This document shows positions 10,274-19,576 of a stretch of 64,000 nt of DNA, in pieces. Both the position numbers and the translations under genes were made by a program. Positions within the stretch are counted from its first letter, which is position 1. Each line of letters starts with the position of its first letter. Below the pieces are notes generated by a model. That model was given only the letters and a program-made list of their open reading frames with translations, ran no database searches and was not told the DNA's origin. Origin of the DNA: Oxalobacter sp. (GTDB taxonomy: Bacteria > Pseudomonadota > Gammaproteobacteria > Burkholderiales > Burkholderiaceae_D); assembly GCA_003605115.1 (NCBI GenBank), contig QZKY01000016.1, positions 109,776 through 173,775 on the forward strand, written 5' to 3'.

Positions 10274-10951
10274 TTACTTCTCTTCAAACAATTTCAGTAG
10301 TGGCCATCCTTTTTCTCTCGCGTGGGCTTCGAGTTTCGCGTTCGGGTTGGTCGCAACCGGATGCGTGACAATAGAGAGCAGAGGGATGTCGTTTTGGGAA
10401 TCACTGTAAAAATGGCTCTTCTGAAAACTGTCGAGCGTGCGCCCCATTTCCGAGAGCCATTCGTGTGTGCGTGTGACCTTGCCTGAGCCAAAGGTCGGGT
10501 TGCCGGAGAGCCTGCCGGTGATTTCGCCTGCGGGCGTCATTTCCGGTTGCGGCGCGAGCAAATGCGCGACGCCAAATTCACGCGCGATGGGTTCGGTGAC
10601 GAAGCGATTCGTGGCGGTGATGATGGCAATCAGATCGTTCGTGTCTTGATGGCGCTTGATCAAGTCACGTGCGACAGGCGTGATGGCGGGTCGGATGACT
10701 TCCTGCATGTATTGGTCGTGCCAGGCATCCAGCTGCTTGCGCGGAAATCGGGCAAGCGTGCCCAATGCGAATTCAAGATATTCGATGGGGTTAAGGGTGC
10801 CTGCCTGATACTGCGCAAAGAAAACTTCGTTGCGACGGGCAAATTCTTCTGGGTCGACTGCACCGATACGTGTGAGAAATTGCCCCCACTCGTAATCGGA
10901 ATCCAGCGGCAGCAAGGTATGGTCGAGATCAAATAAAGTCAGGTTTTTCAT
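10274..10951 (-). CDS. HAD-IB family hydrolase/phosphatase
   Basis: Motif I FDLDHTLL plus downstream HAD motifs (ITATN, SDSQNDIPLL). The stop abuts the pcnB start. Confidence 0.75.
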   Translation of the reverse strand: MKNLTLFDLDHTLLPLDSDYEWGQFLTRIGAVDPEEFARRNEVFFAQYQAGTLNPIEYLEFALGTLARFPRKQLDAWHDQYMQEVIRPAITPVARDLIKRHQDTNDLIAIITATNRFVTEPIAREFGVAHLLAPQPEMTPAGEITGRLSGNPTFGSGKVTRTHEWLSEMGRTLDSFQKSHFYSDSQNDIPLLSIVTHPVATNPNAKLEAHAREKGWPLLKLFEEK

Positions 10952-11613
10952 GTTGCATCCTGTTGCAGCAATTCACGCAAAAGCGGCAGGGTGATGGCGC
11001 GCTGGGTTTCCAGCGAGTAGCGATCCAGCGCATCAAGCATCGTTGCGAGAGATCGCATGTCCCTGTGATAATGCGTAATAAGATAGGGTAACACGCCCGG
11101 CGATAGAAGCAAGCCTCTCGCTTGTGCTGACTGGGTCAGCGCCGTGATTTTTTCATCGTCGCTCAGGCGGTGGAGGTGGTAAATCAATCCCCAGCCCATG
11201 CGGCTGCGCAAATCCTCGCGCACAGCCAGCGTGGCGGGGGCGGCGTTGCCGGTTGAGATCATGTAGCCGCCATGATCGCGCACTTGATTAAAAAGCGTGA
11301 AGGCAGCGATTTGTGCATCGGGCGAGAGCTTGTCGCAATCGTCCAGCAAATACAGTTGAATGTCTGGCGAATAGGCAAAGTCTGCGAGTGGCGCATCCGA
11401 CGCAAGAAAACGTGCGGCGGCTTGCGACGCAAGCGCGCGCAGTAAATGTGTTTTTCCGGAGGCGGGTTCGCCCCACAGATAGGCAAAATGCTCGGGTGAC
11501 AATTGCGCGACAAACTGACGGAGTTGATGGGTCAATTCCTGGTTTTTGCCGACGACAAAGGATTCGAGGGTTTGCGGCTGCTGCGTACCTAAATCCAGCA
11601 ACAGTTGTCGCAT
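10948..11613 (-). CDS. hda: DnaA regulatory inactivator Hda
   Basis: AAA+ Walker A (WGEPASGKTHLLRA), Walker B (LYLLDDCD) and the typical Hda length. It overlaps the HAD start. Confidence 0.85.
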   Translation of the reverse strand: MRQLLLDLGTQQPQTLESFVVGKNQELTHQLRQFVAQLSPEHFAYLWGEPASGKTHLLRALASQAAARFLASDAPLADFAYSPDIQLYLLDDCDKLSPDAQIAAFTLFNQVRDHGGYMISTGNAAPATLAVREDLRSRMGWGLIYHLHRLSDDEKITALTQSAQARGLLLSPGVLPYLITHYHRDMRSLATMLDALDRYSLETQRAITLPLLRELLQQDAT

Positions 11614-11623
11614 GATTCAATGC

Positions 11624-12706
11624 TCATGTAGTGTAAAACTTGCTCTTGTAATAATGGGCGCGTATATGCCGGAATGCGACCGACAGTACAGCGGAGGATG
11701 GTAAAGCCAGCAATACGCCGATGAAACCGAACACTTTGCCGAAGGCAAACAGCGCAAAGATCACCATCAGTGGGTGCAGGCCAATGCGCTTTCCCACCAG
11801 TTTCGGGGTCAGGTAAAACCCTTCGATGACCTGTCCGCCGCCGTAGATAAAGGCAATGTAGACCAATCCCTGAAAGCCGTCGAATTGCAGCAGACCCGCT
11901 ATGGTGGCGAGGACGAGACCAATGCCGAACCCCACGTAGGGAATGAATATCAGCAGGCCGGTCAGGATGCCAACCGGTAGCGCTACGTCAAATCCGAATA
12001 TCGCCAGGCAGGCAGAATAGTAAACGGCAAGTGTGAGCATGACGAGCAACTGGCCGCGCAGATATTGTGCGAGCAACTCATCAATTTCTTTGGCCATGGT
12101 CAGCGTCTTTTTCATCCACCGGCGCGGCACCGCGTTCGTCAGTACGCGCAATAAGTGACGCCAGTCCAGCAGGAGGTAAAACAGTACGACGGGGGTCAAA
12201 ATCAGCGTGATCATCCAGCTCAACAAAGCGGAGCCACCCACGCGCGCCGAGGCAATAATCGATCGCCAGAACCAGGTGCGGCCGGCGGCAAATTGTTCCG
12301 TGACGAATTTTTTCACCCCTGCGGCATCCAGATTGGGGTGAATATCGAGCTCTTGCATCAGCGGCTCGAATGCGTGGTTCAGCTTCACCAGCAAGCCGGG
12401 AATTCTGTCATACAGCATGGGCACTTCTTTTTGCAGGATGGGCACCACCAACAAAATAAGTGCGGTTATCGCCAAGATCAGCAACAGCATCACAATGATG
12501 ACGGCGACAATGCGCGGCAGGCGAAACCGTCCAATTCGCCAGGCACAGATGCGCTCGACAGGGGGGTTGAGCGCATAGGCCAGAATGGCGCCCGCAATGA
12601 AGGGGGTCATGATGGGCCCCAGCAACACCAGAAAAACCATCAGCAACAGCCAGAGTCCCACCCACAGGACGGTTTGTTTCTGGCTGGTCGTGAAGGAATT
12701 GAGCAT
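11624..12706 (-). CDS. AI-2E family transporter (PerM/YhhT-like permease)
   Basis: 360 aa with about 8 TM helices. It carries conserved AI-2E blocks (IPYVG..., GLHPL). Confidence 0.8.
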   Translation of the reverse strand: MLNSFTTSQKQTVLWVGLWLLLMVFLVLLGPIMTPFIAGAILAYALNPPVERICAWRIGRFRLPRIVAVIIVMLLLILAITALILLVVPILQKEVPMLYDRIPGLLVKLNHAFEPLMQELDIHPNLDAAGVKKFVTEQFAAGRTWFWRSIIASARVGGSALLSWMITLILTPVVLFYLLLDWRHLLRVLTNAVPRRWMKKTLTMAKEIDELLAQYLRGQLLVMLTLAVYYSACLAIFGFDVALPVGILTGLLIFIPYVGFGIGLVLATIAGLLQFDGFQGLVYIAFIYGGGQVIEGFYLTPKLVGKRIGLHPLMVIFALFAFGKVFGFIGVLLALPSSAVLSVAFRHIRAHYYKSKFYTT

Positions 12707-12825
12707 GGTTTGTTTTGCGGTTGCTTGTAGCGTTTATTGGGTGGCTTATCGGGGCAGTTTGATAAAATGGCGTTTTTGCGTCTCGCAAACAACCCTATTT
12801 TAACCGCCTGGGCACCAAAGACACC

Positions 12826-13869
12826 ATGAACAAACCATCAAATGTTTCCCTTTCTTACCGCGACGCCGGGGTTGATATTGACGCAGGCGATGCATTGGTC
12901 GAAGCCATCAAGCCTTTTGCCAAGCGCACCATGCGCGAAGGGGTGCTGGCCGGGATCGGGGGCTTTGGCGCCCTGTTCGAAATTAGCAAAAAATACAAGG
13001 AACCCGTGCTGGTTTCCGGCACCGATGGCGTCGGCACCAAGCTGCGCCTGGCGTTTGATCTGAACCGCCACGACACGGTCGGGATCGATTTGGTCGCCAT
13101 GAGCGTCAACGACATCTTGGTACAGGGTGCGGAACCGCTGTTCTTCCTCGATTACTTCGCCTGCGGCAAACTCAATGTGGTCACCGCGACTGACGTGATC
13201 AAGGGCATTGCCCAAGGTTGCGAACAGGCGGGATGTGCGCTGATCGGCGGCGAAACCGCGGAAATGCCCAGCATGTACCCGGACGGCGAATACGATCTGG
13301 CCGGTTTTGCGGTGGGCGCGGTTGAAAAATCCAAAATCATTGACGGCAGCAAGATCGTGCCGGGTGACGTGGTGTTGGGCTTGGCTTCAAGCGGGGCACA
13401 TTCCAATGGTTACTCGCTGGTACGCAAGATCATCGAGGTGGCAAAACCCGATCTCAACGCCGATTTCCACGGCCGCAAACTTGCGGATGCCCTGATGGCA
13501 CCCACGCGCATTTACGTGAAGCCGCTGCTCGCGCTGATGGCTGCGATGGAAGTCAAAGGCATGGCGCACATCACCGGCGGCGGGCTGGTGGACAACGTGC
13601 CGCGCGTGCTGCGCGAGAATCTCACGGCGGTGTTGCAACGCGATAGCTGGACGCTGCCGCCGCTGTTCCAGTGGCTGCAACAACATGGCGGCGTGGCGGA
13701 TGCGGAAATGCATCGTGTATTCAACTGCGGCATTGGGATGGTCGTGATTGTCGCGAAAGAAAATGCCGATGCGGCGATGGCGCAATTGAAAGCAGCGGGT
13801 GAAACGGTTTATAAAATCGGTGAGATTCGTGCGCGCAAGGGGGATGAGGCGCAGACGATGGTGGTGTGA
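12826..13869 (+). CDS. purM: phosphoribosylformylglycinamidine cyclo-ligase
   Basis: [21 protein letters not shown] and DYFACGKL are PurM blocks. Confidence 0.95.
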   Translation: MNKPSNVSLSYRDAGVDIDAGDALVEAIKPFAKRTMREGVLAGIGGFGALFEISKKYKEPVLVSGTDGVGTKLRLAFDLNRHDTVGIDLVAMSVNDILVQGAEPLFFLDYFACGKLNVVTATDVIKGIAQGCEQAGCALIGGETAEMPSMYPDGEYDLAGFAVGAVEKSKIIDGSKIVPGDVVLGLASSGAHSNGYSLVRKIIEVAKPDLNADFHGRKLADALMAPTRIYVKPLLALMAAMEVKGMAHITGGGLVDNVPRVLRENLTAVLQRDSWTLPPLFQWLQQHGGVADAEMHRVFNCGIGMVVIVAKENADAAMAQLKAAGETVYKIGEIRARKGDEAQTMVV

Positions 13870-13878
13870 TTGTCTTTA

Positions 13879-13919
13879 ACCCCCTCTCCCCTTGCGGGAG
13901 AGGGTCGGGGTGAGGGGTG
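13879..13919. repeat. GC-rich REP-like element, family 2
   Basis: ACCCCCTCTCCCCTTGCGGGAGAGGGTCGGGGTGAGGGGTG contains the hairpin CTCTCCC/GGGAGAG. Related copies lie at 45559-45598 and 45638-45675. Confidence 0.6.
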
Positions 13920-13942
13920 CGGTGTCACTACGTAGTGAAGTA

Positions 13943-14170
13943 GCTGTAGATCGAACTTGCCGGGGGTAGCCCGGCGGCTACCTACCTTTCTTGTCTCGCC
14001 AAGAAAGGTAGGCCAAAGAAGGCGACCGCGAGACGCAGCCCTGCGGGTTCCCGCTGCCAGTGCAGCAAAAGCGGGAAACAAAATAAACTCGCTGCGCTCA
14101 GACAAATTTTGTTTCTAATCCGCTTTTGCTTTCTGCCAGCGGCAGCGTCTAAGCGGATGAAAACCAGACT
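13943..14170. repeat. left arm of long inverted repeat flanking mrr
   Basis: It aligns with the reverse complement of 15141-15369. This includes an identical 30-nt core, CGAACTTGCCGGGGGTAGCCCGGCGGCTAC. It also includes shared blocks CTTGTCTCGCCAAG, AAGAAGGCGACCGCG, CAAAAGCGGGAA, CGGCAGCGTC and GAAAACCAG. Confidence 0.7.
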
Positions 14171-14269
14171 CCGAAATTGCTTAATGTTTTTTGGAAATTT
14201 ATTGCACAAGCCAAAAAAGAAATCGAGTACGCCCACTTTAATTTTCTATCACCTCACCAGGAGTAATTA

Positions 14270-15139
14270 ATGAGTGCCCAGATGCCGACTTTTGATGCGT
14301 TGATGAATCCGCTACTCAAGGCGCTTGGGGCGCTAGGTGGTTCTGGATCCATTGAAGAGATCTATGAAAAAGTATTGGAATTGGAATCTATTGGTGAAGA
14401 TATTGCATCTGTCCCACATAATCCTGAGAAGACCAATCAGTCCGAGGTTGCATATCGTTTAGCTTGGGCGCGAACGTACTTAAAAAAGTTTGGTTTTCTG
14501 GAGAATTCAAGTCGCGGCGTTTGGACGTTAACTGCTCTTGCTAAAGAAAAGAAATCTGTTAATCCTCAAGTTGTAGTAAAAGCTGTTAGAGAGGCAGATA
14601 AAAAAGAGGTAAGTTCAAAACCTTCAGAAAGCAATGGAGCAGAATTGTCAGGGGGTGATTCTCCAGAGGAAAACCTTGAATGGAGAGAAGAGTTATACCA
14701 TCTCCTAATAAAAGATATAAAGCCTGATGCCTTTGAAAGGTTAGCCCAGAGGCTTTTGCGTGAATCAGGGTTTGTACAGGTAGAAGTAACGGGTAGAACT
14801 GGAGACGGTGGAATTGATGGGAAGGGGATTGCGAAGATTCACGGATTTATGAGTTTTCACGTAATTTTTCAATGCAAAAAATGGCAGGGTTCAATCTCTG
14901 CAGGCGAGATAAGGGATTTTCGAGGAGCAATGGTTGGTAGAGCTGATAAAGGGTTATTTATCACTACCGGCACATTTACTCCTGCAGCAATTAAAGAGGC
15001 TACACGCGATGGGGCGCCGCCTATTGATCTAGTGGATGGAGATCAGCTTGCTGAAAAGCTTAAAGAATTGCAATTAGGTGTTAAAACAGAGGTTGTGGAA
15101 AAAATTACGATAGACAAGGATTGGTTCAAAAATTTGTGA
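14270..15139 (+). CDS. mrr: Mrr-family (type IV, modification-dependent) restriction endonuclease
   Basis: N-terminal Mrr_N winged-helix region (FDALMNPLLKAL...VAYRLAWARTYLKK). The C-terminal Mrr catalytic core is FERLAQRLLRESGF..TGRTGDGGIDG..IFQCKKW (D..QCK PD-(D/E)xK variant). AGGAG RBS. Hand counts of sample 60-nt lines give about 33-43% GC, against about 65% in a purM line. Confidence 0.85.
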   Translation: MSAQMPTFDALMNPLLKALGALGGSGSIEEIYEKVLELESIGEDIASVPHNPEKTNQSEVAYRLAWARTYLKKFGFLENSSRGVWTLTALAKEKKSVNPQVVVKAVREADKKEVSSKPSESNGAELSGGDSPEENLEWREELYHLLIKDIKPDAFERLAQRLLRESGFVQVEVTGRTGDGGIDGKGIAKIHGFMSFHVIFQCKKWQGSISAGEIRDFRGAMVGRADKGLFITTGTFTPAAIKEATRDGAPPIDLVDGDQLAEKLKELQLGVKTEVVEKITIDKDWFKNL

Positions 15140-15140
15140 G

Positions 15141-15369
15141 TTGACGCTGGTTTTCCCTCCGCTTGCGACGCTGCCGATGGCGGGGAGGTAAAAGCGGATC
15201 AAGAAGCAAAAACTGTTTGAGCGAAGCGAGTTTTTTTGCTTCCCGCTTTTGCCTTCACGACAGCGGTGAAGTCAGCGGCGCCGCGGTCGCCTTCTTTTGC
15301 ATTCTTTTCTTGGCGAGACAAGAAAAGAATGTAGCCGCCGGGCTACCCCCGGCAAGTTCGTACTGTAGC
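15141..15369. repeat. right arm of long inverted repeat flanking mrr
   Basis: It is the reverse complement of the left arm and begins 1 nt after the mrr stop codon. Confidence 0.7.
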
Positions 15370-15393
15370 AAATTCCATCTTGCTTTGAATCCG

Positions 15394-15456
15394 GAAAAAT
15401 TCAGGGTCAGAGTCAAAATTCGCTTCGCGATATTTGACTGCTGACCCCGGTTTTTC
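15394..15456. repeat. REP-like palindromic element, family 1
   Basis: GAAAAATTCAGGGTCAGAGTCAAAATTCGCTTCGCGATATTTGACTGCTGACCCCGGTTTTTC. Confidence 0.7.
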
Positions 15457-15554
15457 CTCATGCTCCGAGCTAGCAGCTCAGTATGCGCACGCCACTGGCG
15501 TTGCGCGGTTTTTCCTCGCGCCCCGAGCAAACCACTCAGCAGGCGCGCTGAAAA

Positions 15555-16115
15555 TCAAAACTCATTATGCAACTTCTTATACCCCTGCACCAGCGCATGA
15601 TTGGTACGCACGACGCTTTCTGAAAAGTCGGATTGTCTGGGCGTTACTTTACGCATGGCTTCGAGATCGGTTGCCGGGCCGATGCGTTCCGTGGACGGAA
15701 CGTAAAACCCCGGCGGCAAATCGGCACCGTCAACGACCGCGTTGTGTCGCACGACGCAGCCGTGCCCGACGGTACAGTTATACAGGACGCTGTTGAAACC
15801 GATGAATACGCCATCGCCAACGGTACAGGGGCCATGCACGATGGCGCGATGCGCGATGGAGCTGTGTTTCCCGATGATGACGGGGGTTCCCGCTCGGGAG
15901 TGGATGACAACGCCGTCCTGGATATTGGTATCCGCACCGATGCGGATCGGTTCGATGTTGCCGTTCTCATCCAGTTCATCTGCACGGATGACAGCGTAAG
16001 GGCCGACAAAAACATTTTCTTCTATGATGACCTTGCCGCAGATAATGGCGGTGAAGTCGATGTAGGCGCTCTCGTGGATGACCGGTAAATCGCCGTTGGG
16101 GTTTTTGCGTATCAT
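15555..16115 (-). CDS. gamma-class carbonic anhydrase-like left-handed beta-helix protein
   Basis: Hexapeptide repeats. Its His pattern resembles the Cam-type zinc ligands (VIHSRAG ... SIAHRAIVHGP). Confidence 0.7.
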   Translation of the reverse strand: MIRKNPNGDLPVIHESAYIDFTAIICGKVIIEENVFVGPYAVIRADELDENGNIEPIRIGADTNIQDGVVIHSRAGTPVIIGKHSSIAHRAIVHGPCTVGDGVFIGFNSVLYNCTVGHGCVVRHNAVVDGADLPPGFYVPSTERIGPATDLEAMRKVTPRQSDFSESVVRTNHALVQGYKKLHNEF

Positions 16116-16225
16116 GGGGCAGCTCCTTGTAAGAAATGCGGCGCGTATTTAATCACAATCTGTATGTTCTCACAAGTTCATGTTATATGTGCAAGGGCGA
16201 ATAATTTTGGTCAAAAATTCGGTCA

Positions 16226-16287
16226 GAAAAATTCGGGGTCGGAGTAAATTTCGCTGCGCGAAATAAAACTGCCGACCCCGGTTTTTC
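16226..16287. repeat. REP-like palindromic element, family 1
   Basis: GAAAAATTCGGGGTCGGAGTAAATTTCGCTGCGCGAAATAAAACTGCCGACCCCGGTTTTTC, preceded by a partial copy of the left arm (16210-16226). Confidence 0.7.
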
Positions 16288-16306
16288 TTCTCAAGCTTTG
16301 CAGCTC

Positions 16307-16365
16307 AAAAAATAGGGTCAGTGTAATTTACGCTACGCGTAAAAAAACGCTGACCCCATTTTTTA
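16307..16365. repeat. REP-like palindromic element, family 1 (variant)
   Basis: AAAAAATAGGGTCAGTGTAATTTACGCTACGCGTAAAAAAACGCTGACCCCATTTTTTA. Confidence 0.65.
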
Positions 16366-16376
16366 CCCATTTATTT

Positions 16377-18461
16377 TTACCGATACATCGCATCCATGAC
16401 CTTGCTGGTTTGCGTGCGGGCGCAAGACGGGCAAACACACGGTGCGTTGGAGTTGAGTCCCAAACGTTTTTGCATCGCTTCGAATTGCGTCTTGGTAGAC
16501 CACGGGACGCCGCAGACTGAGCATGCCATTAGCGGTTGCTTGCGCACGACAGTGCCGGTGATGGTGGTGACGCGTTCGGTGCCGATGGTTTCTACCGTGA
16601 TCGCGCCGGTCGGGCAAACCGCGGCGCAGGCACCGCAACCGATGCACATGGTGGCGGGACGCAGGAAGCCATCGAACACGAGACGACCATTGGTGGTATC
16701 CACCATCCGCAAGGCTTCTGCACCGACTTCAATGCACGCGAGTTCGCACAAGCCGCACCCGATGCAGAGATCGCAGCGCAGGCAGCGTTCTGCTTCGATG
16801 CGTGCGACGTTTTCGTCGAAGTCGAGCTGAATCGGTGTGAACTGCGTGCGACGTTCTATCGGATCGTTTTCCGGCACATGCGGACGATGTGGATCGGTAC
16901 GCGTTTCAGCATTACCTTTGACGAGCGGCGCGAACGCACGACGCTGCGGCTTGAGCGATTCCAGATCCATTTGACTATCGGTCAAATAAGCATTGATCGA
17001 TTCGGCGGCGCGCTTGCCGGAACCAATCGCAGCCACGACGGTACTGCCGCCATGTTGAATGTCGCCGCCGGAGAAGACGCCACGAATGCCCGTCATCAAG
17101 GTCACAGGATCTGCGACGATGTTGCCCCACTTGAGTTCGATGTCGTTCCCGTCAAGGTAGTCGTTGTCCGGGTCTTGCCCAATCGCGGCGATGACATGAT
17201 CCGGCTGGATGACGACGGGTTGGGTCGTTGCCGCATCGGGCGCAGCGCTGTTGCGGACAAATTCGATCTTGTTGCCAGGCAGGATTTTGCTGGGCGCCCA
17301 GAATTCGTGAAGCACAACGCCTTCGTCCAGCGCCATGTCCACTTCGTGCGGATTGGCCGGCATGACCTTGCGCGTGCGGCGGTACCATATCTCCACTTTG
17401 GTGGCACCTTGGCGGAAAGCGGTCATCGCGGCGTCGATCGCGGTATTGCCGCCACCGATCACGACAACATGCGGACCTACGCGTGGGTTCTTGCCGTTGC
17501 GTACCGCGCTCAGGAAATCAATGCCGCCAAGCACGAAGGGTTGATCGTCACCGTCCACGCCCATGCCTTTCGATTTTTGCAAACCGGTGGCGAGGAAGAT
17601 GGCGTCGAAACCCTTTTCGCGCAAATCCTTCAGGTTGGCAATGCGCGTATTCAAGTGGATTTTTACGCCGAGTGATTTGATCATGTCGACTTCGGCGTTG
17701 AGCACATTGTTAGGCAAGCGGTATTCGGGAATGCCGTAGCGCATGATGCCGCCCGCATGTTCGCGCTCATCGAAGATTTCTGCTTGGTGGCCTTTTTGCG
17801 CCAGATAATAGGCGGCGGTCAAGCCTGCTGGGCCAGCGCCCACAATGGCCACTTTTTTGCCAGATGGTGTATCGCATTTCGGGAGCGGATAAGCGCTCGC
17901 GCAACGCGCGGCGACGGATTTCATCGGTTTGATCAAGACAGCCGTGCTCACATCTTTTTGCACGCACGCGTTTTCGCAAGGCGCAGGGCAGACTAGGCCG
18001 CAGGAGTTGGGCAGCGGCGAATCTTTGAGCAATACGTCGAGAGACGCATCATATTTGCCTTGGCCGATGTAGGCGATCATGGTCGGAATGTCGATATGTG
18101 CCGGGCAAGCTTCCTGGCACGGTACGGTGCGCGGTTGCATGCAGGCGTTCGTCTCGCAGGTGTTTTCGGTGACGTGTTGCTGCCATTCGTCACGCGACGT
18201 CTTGAGCGTTTCAGACAGGATCACGGCGGCTTGGGGTGCAAGTTTGGCTAGTTTTTGTGACAGCGCTTCCAGTTCTGTCAGGTGTCCTAAGATGCCCCGC
18301 CCGAGGTGAATTTCCGTAATGATGCGAACAGTCGAGGCGAGGGCTGCGCGCACGGCGGGGGCTGCGCGTTCAGATTGGCGCAATTGGGCGCGCAAGGTCT
18401 TGAGCGTTGTGGTAACGGGGCAGGTTTTGGGAGCGTTGTCGGTGTTCTTTTCAGAGGCCAT
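16377..18461 (-). CDS. GltD-like NAD(P)H-dependent FeS flavoprotein with C-terminal 2x[4Fe-4S] ferredoxin domain (putative formate dehydrogenase electron-transfer subunit)
   Basis: The central region matches the glutamate synthase small-subunit fold (CPAHIDIP, CPAPCENAC, KKVAIVGAGPAGLTAAYYL, VVVIGGGNTAIDAA). C-terminal CLRCDLCIGCGLCELAC and CIGCGACAAVCP clusters. Divergent from the hydN/fdhF genes. Confidence 0.8.
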   Translation of the reverse strand: MASEKNTDNAPKTCPVTTTLKTLRAQLRQSERAAPAVRAALASTVRIITEIHLGRGILGHLTELEALSQKLAKLAPQAAVILSETLKTSRDEWQQHVTENTCETNACMQPRTVPCQEACPAHIDIPTMIAYIGQGKYDASLDVLLKDSPLPNSCGLVCPAPCENACVQKDVSTAVLIKPMKSVAARCASAYPLPKCDTPSGKKVAIVGAGPAGLTAAYYLAQKGHQAEIFDEREHAGGIMRYGIPEYRLPNNVLNAEVDMIKSLGVKIHLNTRIANLKDLREKGFDAIFLATGLQKSKGMGVDGDDQPFVLGGIDFLSAVRNGKNPRVGPHVVVIGGGNTAIDAAMTAFRQGATKVEIWYRRTRKVMPANPHEVDMALDEGVVLHEFWAPSKILPGNKIEFVRNSAAPDAATTQPVVIQPDHVIAAIGQDPDNDYLDGNDIELKWGNIVADPVTLMTGIRGVFSGGDIQHGGSTVVAAIGSGKRAAESINAYLTDSQMDLESLKPQRRAFAPLVKGNAETRTDPHRPHVPENDPIERRTQFTPIQLDFDENVARIEAERCLRCDLCIGCGLCELACIEVGAEALRMVDTTNGRLVFDGFLRPATMCIGCGACAAVCPTGAITVETIGTERVTTITGTVVRKQPLMACSVCGVPWSTKTQFEAMQKRLGLNSNAPCVCPSCARTQTSKVMDAMYR

Positions 18462-18743
18462 TGTTATCCTGATTACAAAAAAACAAAAAAGCCGCAGAAG
18501 CTCCCAATGAGAGAAGCTTAGAGGCTACAAAAGCGAATAAGGACAGCCGCTTGGCCTTGTGGGCGGGACGTGTTGTCTATAATGCATCCATGGCATGCAT
18601 GATGAGGGTATTCACAAAGCATGTCTGGAAACCGCAATATCTGGATATAATGGCGGTTTGTCGGCTGCAAGGATAGCATGGCTTGCGCACCTGCAAAAAT
18701 AAGTAAATGAATGCATATCTAGGTGAGAAAGAGGAGACGCTCA

Positions 18744-19292
18744 ATGAATCGGTTCGTAATTGCAGAACCCAGTAAATGTATCGGTTGTCGTACCTGCGAA
18801 GTGGCGTGTGTGCTGGCGCATCCCATGATCGATGGGGGATTACAGAACCTGTCTCCAGAAAATTTCAAGCCGCGCTTGAAAGTGGTGAAAAGTGCGACTG
18901 TTACCGCGCCGGTGCAATGCCGCCAGTGCGAAAACGCGCCTTGTGTGAATTCCTGCCCGACCGAAGCGTTGGTGTATAGCAATGGCACGGTGCAATTGAT
19001 TGCCGGTCGCTGTATCGGTTGTCAGACTTGCGTGGTGGCCTGTCCGTTCGGTGCCATGGAAATGGTTGACGTCCTGGTCAAACAATCTGAACTGGGATCG
19101 CTTGCTGCACGCAGAACTGTATCCCAAGCGCACAAGTGCGATATGTGCATCGATCGCGCAGAAGGCCCGGCGTGTATTCCAGTCTGTCCAACCAATGCAT
19201 TGATATTGATTGAACCGTCCAGTCTGGAAAGCGTGAGCGAACAGCGTCGCCAACAGGCGCTCGCCAGCATGGAAGCGGCTGAAAGTCGTTAA
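18744..19292 (+). CDS. hydN: HydN-like 4Fe-4S ferredoxin (copy 1)
   Basis: MNRFVIAEPSKCIGCRTCEVAC closely resembles the E. coli HydN N-terminus. Four Cys clusters. GAGGAG RBS before ATG 18744. Confidence 0.8.
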   Translation: MNRFVIAEPSKCIGCRTCEVACVLAHPMIDGGLQNLSPENFKPRLKVVKSATVTAPVQCRQCENAPCVNSCPTEALVYSNGTVQLIAGRCIGCQTCVVACPFGAMEMVDVLVKQSELGSLAARRTVSQAHKCDMCIDRAEGPACIPVCPTNALILIEPSSLESVSEQRRQQALASMEAAESR

Positions 19293-19314
19293 TCCGTATT
19301 CGTCAAAGCTGATG

Positions 19315-19342
19315 AAGGCGCGCGAAAGCGCGCCTTTTTTAT
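19315..19342 (+). terminator. rho-independent terminator after hydN copy 1
   Basis: AAGGCGCGC-GAAA-GCGCGCCTT followed by TTTTATT. Confidence 0.75.
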
Positions 19343-19576
19343 TGGGCTAAACCGTAAGTGTTTGCCCATCATTTCCGCGCGTCGGCGATAAGACAACCAC
19401 TGCGATCCCAGGCATCTGGTAAGAAATGCTTTGCATAGAAAGCCATTTCATATCGGCAAGCTTTCTGGTGCTCCCCTATAATCGGACGCTTATTTTGAAA
19501 TGCCTTGTCGCTCGGCGGTGCCGAACGTTTGCATCATCATTTTTTAACTACGTCAGTACAGTAAGGAGAACCCAGC

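Larger units (their letters stand above)
13943..15369. mobile_element. putative inverted-repeat-bounded cargo cassette carrying mrr (no transposase present)
   Basis: Two ~230-bp arms in inverted orientation bracket one AT-rich gene. See the arm features and the corresponding finding. Confidence 0.4.

Noticed and set aside
13809-14105. Track ORFs lying in the repeat arms around mrr (13809..14105, 13982..14236, 15163..15444, 15255..15530)
   Set aside because: They are translations of the inverted-repeat arms and REP elements. They have no RBS and low-complexity products, and they mirror each other only because the DNA is repeated.
18679-18695. Sigma-54-like element TGGCTTGCGCACCTGCA upstream of hydN copy 1 (E. 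coli fdhF is sigma-54/FhlA dependent)
   Set aside because: The GG and GC dinucleotides are separated by 11 nt instead of the strict 10. No FhlA-like activator gene is in the window.
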